Position numbers and translations under genes: made by a program. Positions 1-8,592 of a stretch of 22,939 bases of DNA are shown here, one piece after another. Under the pieces are notes generated by a model, which saw nothing but the letters and a program-made list of their open reading frames with translations, searched no databases and had not been told where the DNA came from. Source of the DNA: Candidatus Krumholzibacteriia bacterium (GTDB taxonomy: Bacteria > Krumholzibacteriota > Krumholzibacteriia > LZORAL124-64-63); assembly GCA_036351155.1 (NCBI GenBank), contig JAZBOO010000116.1:1-22939 (forward strand). Reading direction: 5' to 3'. Positions within the stretch are counted from its first letter, which is position 1; each line of letters begins with the position of its first letter.

Positions 1-1256
1 CAGATGCCCGCCATCATCAGCCACAGGGCAAAGATGAGCCACTTGGTGATCTCCTGCATCATCAGGCCGTAGAAGAACGAGCCGATCAGCAGCACGAAGG
101 TGGAGGCGCGGCCCAGCCAGACCAGTTTTTTCTCGCTGGCCTCGGGCTGAATGTAGCGCTGATAGATGTCGCGGGTGAAGTACAGCGCGCCCAGGTTCAG
201 GTGGCTGCTGATGGTCGAAAGATGAATGGCCAGAATGGCCCCGAAGAATACGCCCACCAGGCCGGCGGGCAGCAACTCGAAGCCCAGGCGGAACCAGCCC
301 AGTTCGTATTCGGACTGGTTGACGATGTTCGGGGCCAGGGCGAAGAAGGCCAGGATGCCGGCCGCCCAGAATCCGTTGCGGATCAACGTGACGGCGCCGC
401 CCGCCCACAGGCCGTAGGTGGCGTCGCGCACGGTCTTGGCCGACTGGATGCGCTGGGCCTCGACGTACCAGTCGATGCTGGTGCCCATGCCGAAGCCGCC
501 GATCACCGCGATGACCAGCATGGTCAACCACCACACGATGGGAAATTCGCCATCGAGCCAGCCGGTGAAGGCGAACGCGTCCAGCCGCCAGCCTTCGCCC
601 AGTTCGACGATCTTGGCCGTCACTTCGGCAGGCCCACCGGCCGCCGCCACGCCCACCAGGGACACCAGCACGATGGCGAACACGGCCACGATGCCCTGCA
701 GAAAATCGCCCATGACCACGCCCCAGTAGCCGGCGGCCAGGGTGTAGACCGCCGTGATCAGACTGGGAATCACCAGTCCGACCCAGATGGGCCAATCGAA
801 GGCCAGGTTGCACACCTTGCCCATGGCGATGCCCACCCAGCCCAGGATGAACATGTTCATGAACACCTGCCAGCCGGCCATCCAGCCGCGGAGCATCTCG
901 GCGCCCAGGCCGCCGAAGCGCTGGGTCTGCCACTCGGCCTGGGTGTAGGCCAGGCTGCGGCGGAAGATGCGGGCCGACACGAAGGCGCCGATGGCCGTCC
1001 ACGAGGAGAAGAAGGTGTACCACAGGCCGCGCAGGCCGTTGGCGTAGATCACGCCGGTGATCCACATGGGGGTATCGGTGGCGGTGTGGGTGGAGAAAAC
1101 CGACGAGGCGGGCAGCCACCAGGGCAGGCCGCGTCCGGCCAGGAAGAAGTCGCTTTCCGAGCGCCGGGCCAGCCGGTAGAAGAAGAAGGCGCCGCCCACC
1201 ATCAACAGCAGGAAAGCCACGGCCCAGAAGATGTCCAGATTGGTGAAGTTGCCCAT
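1..1256 (-). CDS. Sodium:solute symporter (SSS) family transporter, 3'-truncated by the window edge
   Basis: Not in the ORF track because there is no stop in the window. Manual translation from ATG at 1256 (GGAG RBS at 1261-1264, minus strand) gives MGNFTNLDIFWAVAFLLLMVGGAFFFYRLARRSESDFFLAGRGLPWW...YTLAAGYWGVVMGDFLQG. The 'FFLAGR.LPWW' and 'YT..G...V...D..Q' segments are SSS-family motifs. Confidence 0.88.
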   Translation of the reverse strand, partial: MGNFTNLDIFWAVAFLLLMVGGAFFFYRLARRSESDFFLAGRGLPWWLPASSVFSTHTATDTPMWITGVIYANGLRGLWYTFFSSWTAIGAFVSARIFRRSLAYTQAEWQTQRFGGLGAEMLRGWMAGWQVFMNMFILGWVGIAMGKVCNLAFDWPIWVGLVIPSLITAVYTLAAGYWGVVMGDFLQGIVAVFAIVLVSLVGVAAAGGPAEVTAKIVELGEGWRLDAFAFTGWLDGEFPIVWWLTMLVIAVIGGFGMGTSIDWYVEAQRIQSAKTVRDATYGLWAGGAVTLIRNGFWAAGILAFFALAPNIVNQSEYELGWFRLGFELLPAGLVGVFFGAILAIHLSTISSHLNLGALYFTRDIYQRYIQPEASEKKLVWLGRASTFVLLIGSFFYGLMMQEITKWLIFALWLMMAGI

Positions 1257-1350
1257 GATACTCCCGGGGAAAGTGTGCATGATGGGGGTCGGGCTGGAGA
1301 CTATAGGGAGGGGCCCTCTTGTGCAACCGGGAAAAGACCTGTCACACCGG

Positions 1351-1378
1351 TGGCAAGCCTATCGTATACCATTATGAT
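1351..1378 (+). promoter_or_regulatory. Possible sigma70-type promoter for the 1411 gene
   Basis: TGGCAA-N16-TATGAT in the divergent intergenic region. Confidence 0.3.
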
Positions 1379-1410
1379 ATGCTTTCAATCAGCTTGAGAG
1401 AGGAGTGGAA

Positions 1411-2127
1411 ATGAAACTTATGGTATTGCTTTTACCGATTGTGGCCCTTGGCTTTATGACTGCGGATAGCCAAGCCCTGACCGATGCCGATTTCGTGGGG
1501 ACCTGGGAGGGACAGTACACCTCGACCACCTTCGGGGGCTCCCATTTCAACCTGACCCTGGATCTGCAGGCCAACGGATTCTATACCGATTCTTCCGGCC
1601 ACCTGATGCCGCCCTATTACTACCCCGACACGCAAAACTGGGAATTCGACGCGGCCACCAACCGGCTGCATTTCTGGTACCTGGATACGGTTTACGCAGG
1701 CCAGTATTTCTATCAGCATTTCTATTACGAGATCGTCAGCTACACGGGCAACACGGTGGAGATGCACTATAACTTCTGGGACGATCCCGAGCCTCATCCC
1801 CAGGCCGGCACCATTGTTCTGACCAGAAGCGGTGTGGCCGACACTCCGGATTCCGAACTTCCTCTGCAGGCCCAGCTGGGCAAGAACTACCCCAATCCTT
1901 TCAACCCCAGCACCACCATCGCCTTCACCATGCCCCGTGAAGGCCACGTCTCGCTGAAGGTCTTCGATGTGCGAGGCCGGGAAATCGCCACGCTGGTCGA
2001 TGGCACGTTGCCCGAGGGAGAGCATCGCCACCAGTGGAACGCCAGTGGTGTTTCCGATGGCGTGTACCTGTATCAGTTGCAGACAGACGGGATGACGGAG
2101 ACCAGGAAAATGACGGTCGTCAAGTAG
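1411..2127 (+). CDS. Secreted protein with lipocalin-like N-terminal domain and C-terminal FlgD-Ig/T9SS type A-like sorting domain
   Basis: AGGAG RBS at 1401-1405 before ATG 1411. Signal peptide MKLMVLLLPIVALGFMTADSQA. 'FVGTW' GxW motif. C-terminus 'NYPNPFNPSTTIAF...LKVFDVRGREIATLV...WNASGVSDGVYLYQL...TRKMTVVK'. Confidence 0.8.
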   Translation: MKLMVLLLPIVALGFMTADSQALTDADFVGTWEGQYTSTTFGGSHFNLTLDLQANGFYTDSSGHLMPPYYYPDTQNWEFDAATNRLHFWYLDTVYAGQYFYQHFYYEIVSYTGNTVEMHYNFWDDPEPHPQAGTIVLTRSGVADTPDSELPLQAQLGKNYPNPFNPSTTIAFTMPREGHVSLKVFDVRGREIATLVDGTLPEGEHRHQWNASGVSDGVYLYQLQTDGMTETRKMTVVK

Positions 2128-2157
2128 CTTGATATACTACAGCTTTGCTAGGCTCTG

Positions 2158-2194
2158 AAATCGCCAAACTCCCTGTGGGTTTGGCGATTTTCTT
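2158..2194 (+). terminator. Rho-independent terminator-like hairpin
   Basis: 12-bp stem AAATCGCCAAAC/GTTTGGCGATTT, 9-nt loop, followed by TCTT, about 30 nt after the 2127 stop. Confidence 0.7.
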
Positions 2195-2316
2195 GGGCCA
2201 AGGCCAGAATTTGACTGGCCATTTTCGCCAAAACCCTCTAAAGTCGGCATCCCATCGCCTTGATTTTTCACGTTTTCATAATTTTTGGTGGCGCTTTGCG
2301 TCTTTAGGGTTTAGAT

Positions 2317-2334
2317 GTTTCATATATTTGAAAC
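2317..2334. promoter_or_regulatory. Candidate operator upstream of the czc-like operon
   Basis: Near-perfect 18-bp palindrome GTTTCAtATATtTGAAAC in an AT-rich stretch ending 33 nt before the 2368 ATG. Confidence 0.45.
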
Positions 2335-2367
2335 CAGCCCCCATTGTTCTACGCCGGGAGGGCGTTC

Positions 2368-3675
2368 ATGAACCGTTTGTTGTTCTTGACGAGTTGTCTC
2401 ATTCTGGCCCTGGCCGCACCCGTGCTGGGGGCGGAAAATCCGCTGGAAGACGGTCGCCTGTCGGCCGTCGAAGCCTACCAGTGGGCCCTGGACCGGAATC
2501 CCCAGCTGCAGGGGGTGCGGCTGCAGGAAGACCGCATGGCTGCCAGCCGCCGAGGGGCCCTGGGCTGGGAAGCTCCGGAAGTCTCCTACATGCGCGAGGG
2601 CATGGCTTCCGATTTGCCGGCCCCCGGCGAAGAACGCTGGACCATCACCCAGGAGTTGCCTTCGCTGCTCTCGGGCATGAAGAGGCGCTCCGGCTACGGA
2701 GCCTATCTGGAGGCGGCACGCCTGGAGGAACAGGATGCGCGCCGCCGCCTGCGCTCGCGGGTCAAGGTGCTGTATGTGGAGGTGGTGCATCGGCAAAAGG
2801 TGGTCGATTTGCTGGCCGACCAGATCACCTTGTCCCGACAGGCCCACCAGGCCGTGACTCTGAAGGAAGAGCTGGGCGAGGCCTCGAAGCGGGAACGCCT
2901 GCAAAGCCAGCTGAACAACGCCGCCTTGAAGCAGGACCTGCTGGTGGCCCAGGCCGAGTTTGATCAGGCACGCTATGCCCTGTTCGAGGTCATGGGTTTG
3001 ACTCCGGATGAGCAGGAATACGGTGTGGAGTTCACCGACCCTCTGGTGTTCAACGATGTGGACTATACCCAGGACGAGTCGCTGGGGGAGCTGGGTGTGC
3101 AGCCTCGGTATCTGGCGGCAGCGGCCCAGCGCCATGCCGCCGAATCCCTGCTGGCCGCCGAACAGTGGACGCTGTTTCCCGACCTCAGTGTCAGCCTTTA
3201 CCAGCAAAACTATGAAGGGGAAGGTTTCGATCACCACGGTTTCGAGGTGGCGGCCCGCCTGCCCCTGTGGTTCATGCCGGCCCGCCAGGGACGACTGGGC
3301 GAGGCCAAGGCCGAGGCCGCTCTCGGGCGCTGGCGCCAGGAAGCGGTCCTGCTGGAAATGAAGCGGGAAATTGAACAGGCCTGGCACGGTTACGAGACCA
3401 GCCTTTCGATCATTCGCCAGCTCACGGGCGAGTCCCTGGACCAGAGCACGGAACTTCTGAACCTGACCCTGGAAGGCTACCGCGAGGGAGAGGTTGGACT
3501 CCTGGACCTGATCGCGGCCCAGCAAACCTACACCGCGTCCCAGCGGCGCTACCAGGATGCCCTATTCGATTATTACCAGCGTCTCATCACCCTGGAAACC
3601 TATCTGCCGGGTGAACTGATCATGGCCGTGGAAACGGCGGCACCAGAATCCGAAAACCAAGGAGCGGGGAAATGA
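2368..3675 (+). CDS. czcC: TolC-family outer membrane efflux protein (CzcC-like)
   Basis: GGGAGG RBS before ATG 2368, signal peptide, OEP-like helical repeats ('ALDRNPQLQ', 'YREGEVGLLDLIAAQQTY'), first gene of an RND triad. Confidence 0.85.
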   Translation: MNRLLFLTSCLILALAAPVLGAENPLEDGRLSAVEAYQWALDRNPQLQGVRLQEDRMAASRRGALGWEAPEVSYMREGMASDLPAPGEERWTITQELPSLLSGMKRRSGYGAYLEAARLEEQDARRRLRSRVKVLYVEVVHRQKVVDLLADQITLSRQAHQAVTLKEELGEASKRERLQSQLNNAALKQDLLVAQAEFDQARYALFEVMGLTPDEQEYGVEFTDPLVFNDVDYTQDESLGELGVQPRYLAAAAQRHAAESLLAAEQWTLFPDLSVSLYQQNYEGEGFDHHGFEVAARLPLWFMPARQGRLGEAKAEAALGRWRQEAVLLEMKREIEQAWHGYETSLSIIRQLTGESLDQSTELLNLTLEGYREGEVGLLDLIAAQQTYTASQRRYQDALFDYYQRLITLETYLPGELIMAVETAAPESENQGAGK

Positions 3676-4865
3676 CCTCCTGCATGGGAAAATTCACGAA
3701 TCATCGCGCCCACCTGACGGTGTGGTTGCTGCTCTCGCTCACCCTTGCGGCGATCGGTTGCGGTCATGACGCGGAACCGGAAGCGGCCAGCCCAGCAGCC
3801 ACCAGGGCCTCGCGAGATATTGTGCTGTCGGCCCGTCAGGCCGAGGCTCTGCAAGTGGCCTTGCACGTGGTCACCAAGGAACCCTTGCGGTTCGATCTGC
3901 CGGTGCCGGGCATCGTGTTGCCCGCCCCCGGCCACGAGGTGATTCTGAGTGCGCCCATCGATGGCCGCATCAGCCGCCTGTTCGTGGGCGAAGGAAGTCG
4001 GGTCCAGGAGGGTGACCCTCTGCTGGAAATTGAAAGCCTGACCATCGGCAATCTGGTGGCCGATTTCATCCAGGCCCGTGCCGACGCCTCCTTCATGGCC
4101 CAGCAGCTGACCCGACTGACAAAGCTGCAGGACAAGGGTGTGGGTTCGGTGCGTGAGCTCGAAAAAACTCGAGCCGAAGCCCAGCGATCCCAGGCCAGCT
4201 TGAACGCCACACGGTCCCGTCTGCTGGCCATCGGGTTCCCTCAGGCAGAGGTGGATGCGTGGAACGCCACCGAGGCCATCGATCCGAGATTGACGCTGAA
4301 ATCGCGCATCACCGGAGTGGTGAGCCTGGTCGACCTGGCCCTGGGCCAGGCCGTCGACACCAACGAACAGCTGATGGTGGTGATGGACCCGACTCATGTG
4401 CTGGTGCGGGCTTTCCTGTCACCCCAGGACCTGCCTCTGGTTCCGGTCAGCGGCAAGGTGACCATTTACGCCAGTGATATTGATGAGAACGGTTTGACCA
4501 GCTCCATCGAGACGATCAACCCCACCCTGGATTCCGCCAACCGCGCCGTGACGGTGAACAGCCTGTTTGCCACCGCGGACGGCTGGCCTGTGCCGGGACA
4601 GAATCTGCGGGTCCAGGTGGAAGCCGTGACCCCGGGGCCAGTGCTTCAGGTGCCCATGTCTTCCCTGGTGTTCGAGGGGGAAAGCGCGGTGGTCTACGTG
4701 CTGTCCGGGGACAACCGCTACGAGAAACGTCAGGTCCAGGTGGGACGCATGACCGGCAAGGCCGTCATCATCCAGTCGGGGCTGGCGGTGGGAGATCAGG
4801 TGGCCATGAGCAGCGTTTTCGAACTCAAGGCCCTGGGGCGTCTCGAACAGTTCGGTGAGGAGTGA
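3672..4865 (+). CDS. czcB: RND efflux periplasmic adaptor subunit (CzcB-like)
   Basis: ATGA overlap with the upstream stop, lipobox-like 'AAIGC', lipoyl-like 'APIDGRISRLFVGEGSRVQEGDPLLEI' motif, C-terminal 'IIQSGLAVGDQV'. Confidence 0.85.
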   Translation: MTSCMGKFTNHRAHLTVWLLLSLTLAAIGCGHDAEPEAASPAATRASRDIVLSARQAEALQVALHVVTKEPLRFDLPVPGIVLPAPGHEVILSAPIDGRISRLFVGEGSRVQEGDPLLEIESLTIGNLVADFIQARADASFMAQQLTRLTKLQDKGVGSVRELEKTRAEAQRSQASLNATRSRLLAIGFPQAEVDAWNATEAIDPRLTLKSRITGVVSLVDLALGQAVDTNEQLMVVMDPTHVLVRAFLSPQDLPLVPVSGKVTIYASDIDENGLTSSIETINPTLDSANRAVTVNSLFATADGWPVPGQNLRVQVEAVTPGPVLQVPMSSLVFEGESAVVYVLSGDNRYEKRQVQVGRMTGKAVIIQSGLAVGDQVAMSSVFELKALGRLEQFGEE

Positions 4866-7800
4866 TGATGTTTTCCTGGATCATCGGTTTCAGTCTCCGA
4901 CAAAAAGTGGTGTCCCTTTCCCTGGTGGTCCTGATGGCCGTCGGTGGGGTCAACGCACTCAAGCATATTCCCATCAATTCGTTGCCAGATGTGACGCCGG
5001 TCCAGGTGCTGGTGATCACCAAGGCCGGGCGCTATTCGCCCTTCGATGTGGAGCGTCTGGTGTCGTACCCCATCGAAACGACCATGAACGGGCTGCCCGA
5101 GGTGGCTCAGGTCAGGTCCATCAGTCAGTTCGGACTGTCGGCCGTCACGGTGGAGTTCGACGAGTCCACCGACATCTACTTTGCCCGTCAGATGGTCAGT
5201 CAGCGCTTGCAGGGTATTGCGGGTGAGCTGCCTGATGGGGTGGACATGCCCCAGCTGGGGCCCATCTCCACGGCGCTTGGTGAGATCTACCAGTACGTGG
5301 TCCGCGGTGAAGGTCGCGACCTGACCGAGCTGCGGGAAATCCAGGACTGGTTGATCGCCCCTCAGCTGAAGACGGTGCGCGGCGTCACCGAGATCACGGC
5401 CTTCGGCGGCTTCGTCAAGCAGTACGAGCTGGAGGTGTTGCCGGGCAAGCTGCGCGAGTTCGGCCTCAGCCTGGGCGAGCTGAGCCAGGCCCTGCAGGAG
5501 AACAACTCCGTGTCCGGCGGCAACTACCTGGAACACAACAAGGAACAGTACATCATCCGGGGTTTCGGTCAGGTGCAGAAGCGTGAAGACCTGGAGCGGA
5601 TCATCGTGGCCAGGCGCGAATCCCGACCGGTGCAGGTGGGGGATGTGGCGCGGGTGAAGATCGGACGCCAGCTGCGGCAAGGCGCGGTCACGCAAGATGG
5701 CAACGGCGAGGTGGTCACCGGCATCGTGATGATGCTGCGCGGCGGCAACGGACGCGAGGTCATCGAGGCCGTGACCCAGCGGGTCGAAGAGATCAACGCG
5801 GGCCTGCCGGCGGGGGTGCAGATCGAACGTTTTTACGACCAGAGCGACCTGGTGGACCGCACCACCCACACCATCATCAAGAACCTCAGCGAGGGCGGTT
5901 TCTTCGTCATCGTGGTTCTCTTGCTGTTGCTGGGAGAAATCCGCGGCGCCATCATCGTGGCCAGCGTCATTCCGCTGTCCATGCTGTTCGCATTCATCGG
6001 GATGCGCGAGTTTGGCCTGGCCGCCAACCTCATGAGTCTGGGGGCCATCGATTTCGGAATGGTGGTCGACGGGTCGGTGGTGATGGTCGAGAACATCGTG
6101 CACCGATTATCCGGCCGCAAAGGAACCCCCGCTGAAAACCTCCAGATCATCGGCGAGGCGGCACGCGAAGTGGCGCGCCCCATCTTCTTCGGTGTGCTGA
6201 TCATTCTGATGGTCTACGTGCCCATCGCGACCTTCAGCGGCATGGAGGGCATTCTGTTCCGCCCCATGGCCATCACCGTGGCCACCGCCGTGTTCGGTTC
6301 GCTGCTGCTGGCCCTGGTTTACGTGCCGGCCATGGCGGCGCTGGTGTTTCGCAAGGGCGTCTGGGCCTGGCGCAATCCCGTGGTGGAAAAAATGCGGCCA
6401 GCTTACGAGGGTTTGCTGGCCCGCTTGATGCCGCGCCGGGCGGTGGTCCTGCTGGTCACCCTGGCGGTCCTGGCCGGGAGCATCGTGATGATCCCTCTGC
6501 TGGGCACCGAGTTTCTGCCCGAACTGGAAGAGGGGTCCATTCTGGTGGAACAGATCCGGATGCCCTCGGTCACCCTTCAACAGTCGGTGGAGAATGCCAA
6601 CCTGTTCGCCGGCAAGGTGCTGGAAACCATTCCCGAGGTGCAGACTGTGGTGCCCAAGACGGGGCGCTCCGATCTGGCCAACGACTGGATGGGCGTGCAC
6701 CAGACCGACGTCTGGGTCATTCTCAAGGATCCCTCGCAATGGCGGCCGGGGGTGACCAAGCCCGACATCGTGGACATGCTGGAACCCCTGTTGCAGAACG
6801 AGCCGGGCCTGGCCTACAACTTCACCCAGCCGATCGCCATGAGGGTCGACGAGCTGACCAGCGGCGTGAAGTCAGACGTGGCGGTGAAGATCTTTGGTGA
6901 GGACCTGGATCTGCTGAACAGCCTGGGCGAGCAGATCGGCGCTCTGCTGGTGAACTTGCCGGGCACGGACAACAGCTTTGTCGAGGCCACCACCGGCCAG
7001 CCCTATCTGAACATCGAGATTGACCGTGACGCCGTGGCCGACTTCGGGCTGAACGTGGCCGAGGTCCAGCAGGTCATCGAGATGGGTGTGGGAGGGCAGG
7101 TGGTCACCGAGGTGTTCGAGGGCCAGCGCCGTTTCGATGCCGTGGTGCGTTTTCCCGAGAAGCTGCGCTCCAGTTTCCAGATGTTGCTGGAGGTGCCCAT
7201 CTCCTTGCCCGAGGGCGGTTTCATTCCCCTCAAGCGGGTGGCCAAGGTGGTGCCCGTGGAGGGGCCTCGCGAGATTGCCCGCGAGAACGGCTGGCGCCGG
7301 GTCATCGTGGGCGCCAACATCGAGGGGATCGACATCGGCACCTACGTGACCAACCTGCGCAAGGCCATTGCCCGGGAAGTTCCGATCCCCGCCGGTGTGT
7401 TCCTGGAATTTGGTGGGGCCTTCGAGAATCAGCAGCGGGCGATGCGCCACCTGCAGTTCGTGGTGCCGCTCAGCCTGCTCATCATCCTGGGCCTGCTGTA
7501 CACCATGTTCGGCACCCTGCGACACGCCCTGCTGATCTTCGCCATCCTGCCCTTCGCGCTGTCGGGGGGAGTGTTTTTTCTCTATCTGCGCGACCTCTAC
7601 CTTTCGGTGTCGGCATCGATCGGGTTCGTGGCGCTGTTCGGCGTGGCGGTGCTCAACGGTATCGTTCTGGTGGAACACCTGAATATCCTGCGCCGTCGCG
7701 GAGTCGAACTGAGCAAGGCGGTCAGGGAAGGGGCGGGCGACCGCTTGCGGCCCGTGCTGATGACGGCGCTGGTGGCCAGCCTGGGTTTCGTGCCCATGGC

Positions 7801-7948
7801 GTTCAATACCGGCCCTGGTTCCGAGGTGCAGCGCCCACTGGCCACGGTGGTCATCGGTGGTCTGGTCACGTCCACGCTGGTGACCCTGCTGGTGTTGCCG
7901 CTGGTTTACGAGTGGATCGAGAAGCGGTTCGGGAGCAAGGCTGAATAG
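4865..7948 (+). CDS. czcA: CusA/CzcA-family heavy-metal efflux RND transporter, divalent-cation (CzcA) type
   Basis: About 1027 aa, TGATG overlap with czcB (alternative GTG start at 4862). TM4 motif 'ANLMSLGAIDFGMVVDGSVVMVEN' carries the CzcA-type DFG..D..E residues. C-terminal 'RLRPVLMTALVASLGF.PMA..TG.GSEVQRPLATVVIGG'. Confidence 0.93.
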   Translation: MMFSWIIGFSLRQKVVSLSLVVLMAVGGVNALKHIPINSLPDVTPVQVLVITKAGRYSPFDVERLVSYPIETTMNGLPEVAQVRSISQFGLSAVTVEFDESTDIYFARQMVSQRLQGIAGELPDGVDMPQLGPISTALGEIYQYVVRGEGRDLTELREIQDWLIAPQLKTVRGVTEITAFGGFVKQYELEVLPGKLREFGLSLGELSQALQENNSVSGGNYLEHNKEQYIIRGFGQVQKREDLERIIVARRESRPVQVGDVARVKIGRQLRQGAVTQDGNGEVVTGIVMMLRGGNGREVIEAVTQRVEEINAGLPAGVQIERFYDQSDLVDRTTHTIIKNLSEGGFFVIVVLLLLLGEIRGAIIVASVIPLSMLFAFIGMREFGLAANLMSLGAIDFGMVVDGSVVMVENIVHRLSGRKGTPAENLQIIGEAAREVARPIFFGVLIILMVYVPIATFSGMEGILFRPMAITVATAVFGSLLLALVYVPAMAALVFRKGVWAWRNPVVEKMRPAYEGLLARLMPRRAVVLLVTLAVLAGSIVMIPLLGTEFLPELEEGSILVEQIRMPSVTLQQSVENANLFAGKVLETIPEVQTVVPKTGRSDLANDWMGVHQTDVWVILKDPSQWRPGVTKPDIVDMLEPLLQNEPGLAYNFTQPIAMRVDELTSGVKSDVAVKIFGEDLDLLNSLGEQIGALLVNLPGTDNSFVEATTGQPYLNIEIDRDAVADFGLNVAEVQQVIEMGVGGQVVTEVFEGQRRFDAVVRFPEKLRSSFQMLLEVPISLPEGGFIPLKRVAKVVPVEGPREIARENGWRRVIVGANIEGIDIGTYVTNLRKAIAREVPIPAGVFLEFGGAFENQQRAMRHLQFVVPLSLLIILGLLYTMFGTLRHALLIFAILPFALSGGVFFLYLRDLYLSVSASIGFVALFGVAVLNGIVLVEHLNILRRRGVELSKAVREGAGDRLRPVLMTALVASLGFVPMAFNTGPGSEVQRPLATVVIGGLVTSTLVTLLVLPLVYEWIEKRFGSKAE

Positions 7949-7954
7949 GCGACG

Positions 7955-7982
7955 GGTGGCCCGGGACAGGTCCCGGGCCACC
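7955..7982 (+). terminator. Strong GC hairpin just after czcA (terminator or mRNA-stabilising stem)
   Basis: Perfect 12-bp stem GGTGGCCCGGGA-CAGG-TCCCGGGCCACC with no clear U-tract. Confidence 0.5.
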
Positions 7983-8078
7983 TCGGATTGTCAATTCCCC
8001 GATTTTGAGATAGGTTGAGCGCGATTGGATGGCGGTTCTGGGGGAGACCATCGCATTCAGCCAAGGAGACCGGACCAT

Positions 8079-8519
8079 ATGAAGAAATTGCTCATTCTCA
8101 TTTTAACACTCAGTCTGGCGGCCGGTTCCGCGCAGGCTGCCGAGCTGGGCGCGCGCGCCGGTCTGACCTCCGGCCCCGACCAGTTCCACATCGGCGCTCA
8201 TGCGGACCTGGGAGGCATCACGCCTTCGCTGCGTCTGGTGCCCAACGTGGAAATCGGTTTTGGCGACGACCTGACCTTCATTTCCTTCAACGGCGATGTG
8301 ATCCACGATTTTCCAGGCACCGGTTTTGGTGTGGGTGGGGAGCTGGCCATGCAGTTCTACGATTACGATCAGATCGGATCGGACACCGAACTGGGCCTGA
8401 GCGTGCTGGGGAACTTGCGGCTGAACCTGGTCAATGGGAAAACCGTGCTCTTGGAGGCCAAGCTGGGCATCCTGGATGCTCCTGACTTCAAGTTCACCGT
8501 GGGGTATTCCCTCTTCTAG
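8079..8519 (+). CDS. Small outer-membrane beta-barrel protein
   Basis: AAGGAG RBS before ATG 8079, signal peptide ending AQA, alternating beta-strand pattern, C-terminal 'FKFTVGYSLF' ending in Phe (Bam-type signal). Confidence 0.75.
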   Translation: MKKLLILILTLSLAAGSAQAAELGARAGLTSGPDQFHIGAHADLGGITPSLRLVPNVEIGFGDDLTFISFNGDVIHDFPGTGFGVGGELAMQFYDYDQIGSDTELGLSVLGNLRLNLVNGKTVLLEAKLGILDAPDFKFTVGYSLF

Positions 8520-8520
8520 A

Positions 8521-8538
8521 TTTCCAGCTGGTTGGAAA
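8521..8538. repeat. Dispersed palindrome TTCCAA-N4-TTGGAA, copy 1
   Basis: TTTCCAGCTGGTTGGAAA starting 2 nt after the 8519 stop. Confidence 0.6.
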
Positions 8539-8541
8539 AGC

Positions 8542-8578
8542 ACCCCCGGCCTGATCGCTCGATCGGACCGGGGGTTTT
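8542..8578. terminator. Probable terminator between convergent genes
   Basis: Imperfect stem ACCCCCGGCCTGATC-GCTC-GATCGGACCGGGGGT followed by T's, with AAAA shortly upstream. Confidence 0.65.
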
Positions 8579-8592
8579 GCGTTGGGGACAGG

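Noticed and set aside
201..1397. 398-aa + strand ORF and other long overlapping ORFs (e.g. 2320-3525 -, 4796-6103 -, 8434-9867 +, 12455-13558 +, 13405-14607 +, 22103-22771 -)
   Set aside because: These are antisense shadows of well-supported genes, as expected in high-GC coding DNA; they show no recognisable motifs
2158..2233. Alternative pairing of TTTGGCGA with downstream TCGCCAAA around a GGCCAG/CTGGCC hairpin, considered as an antiterminator or NiCo riboswitch for czc
   Set aside because: The competing strand lies 3' of the terminator, so it is transcribed too late to antiterminate; no NiCo consensus is visible
4865..7948. Cu/Ag efflux pump CusA
   Set aside because: TM4 has the CzcA-type 'AIDFG' rather than the CusA-type 'AIAVG/AIAIG', and there is no cusF
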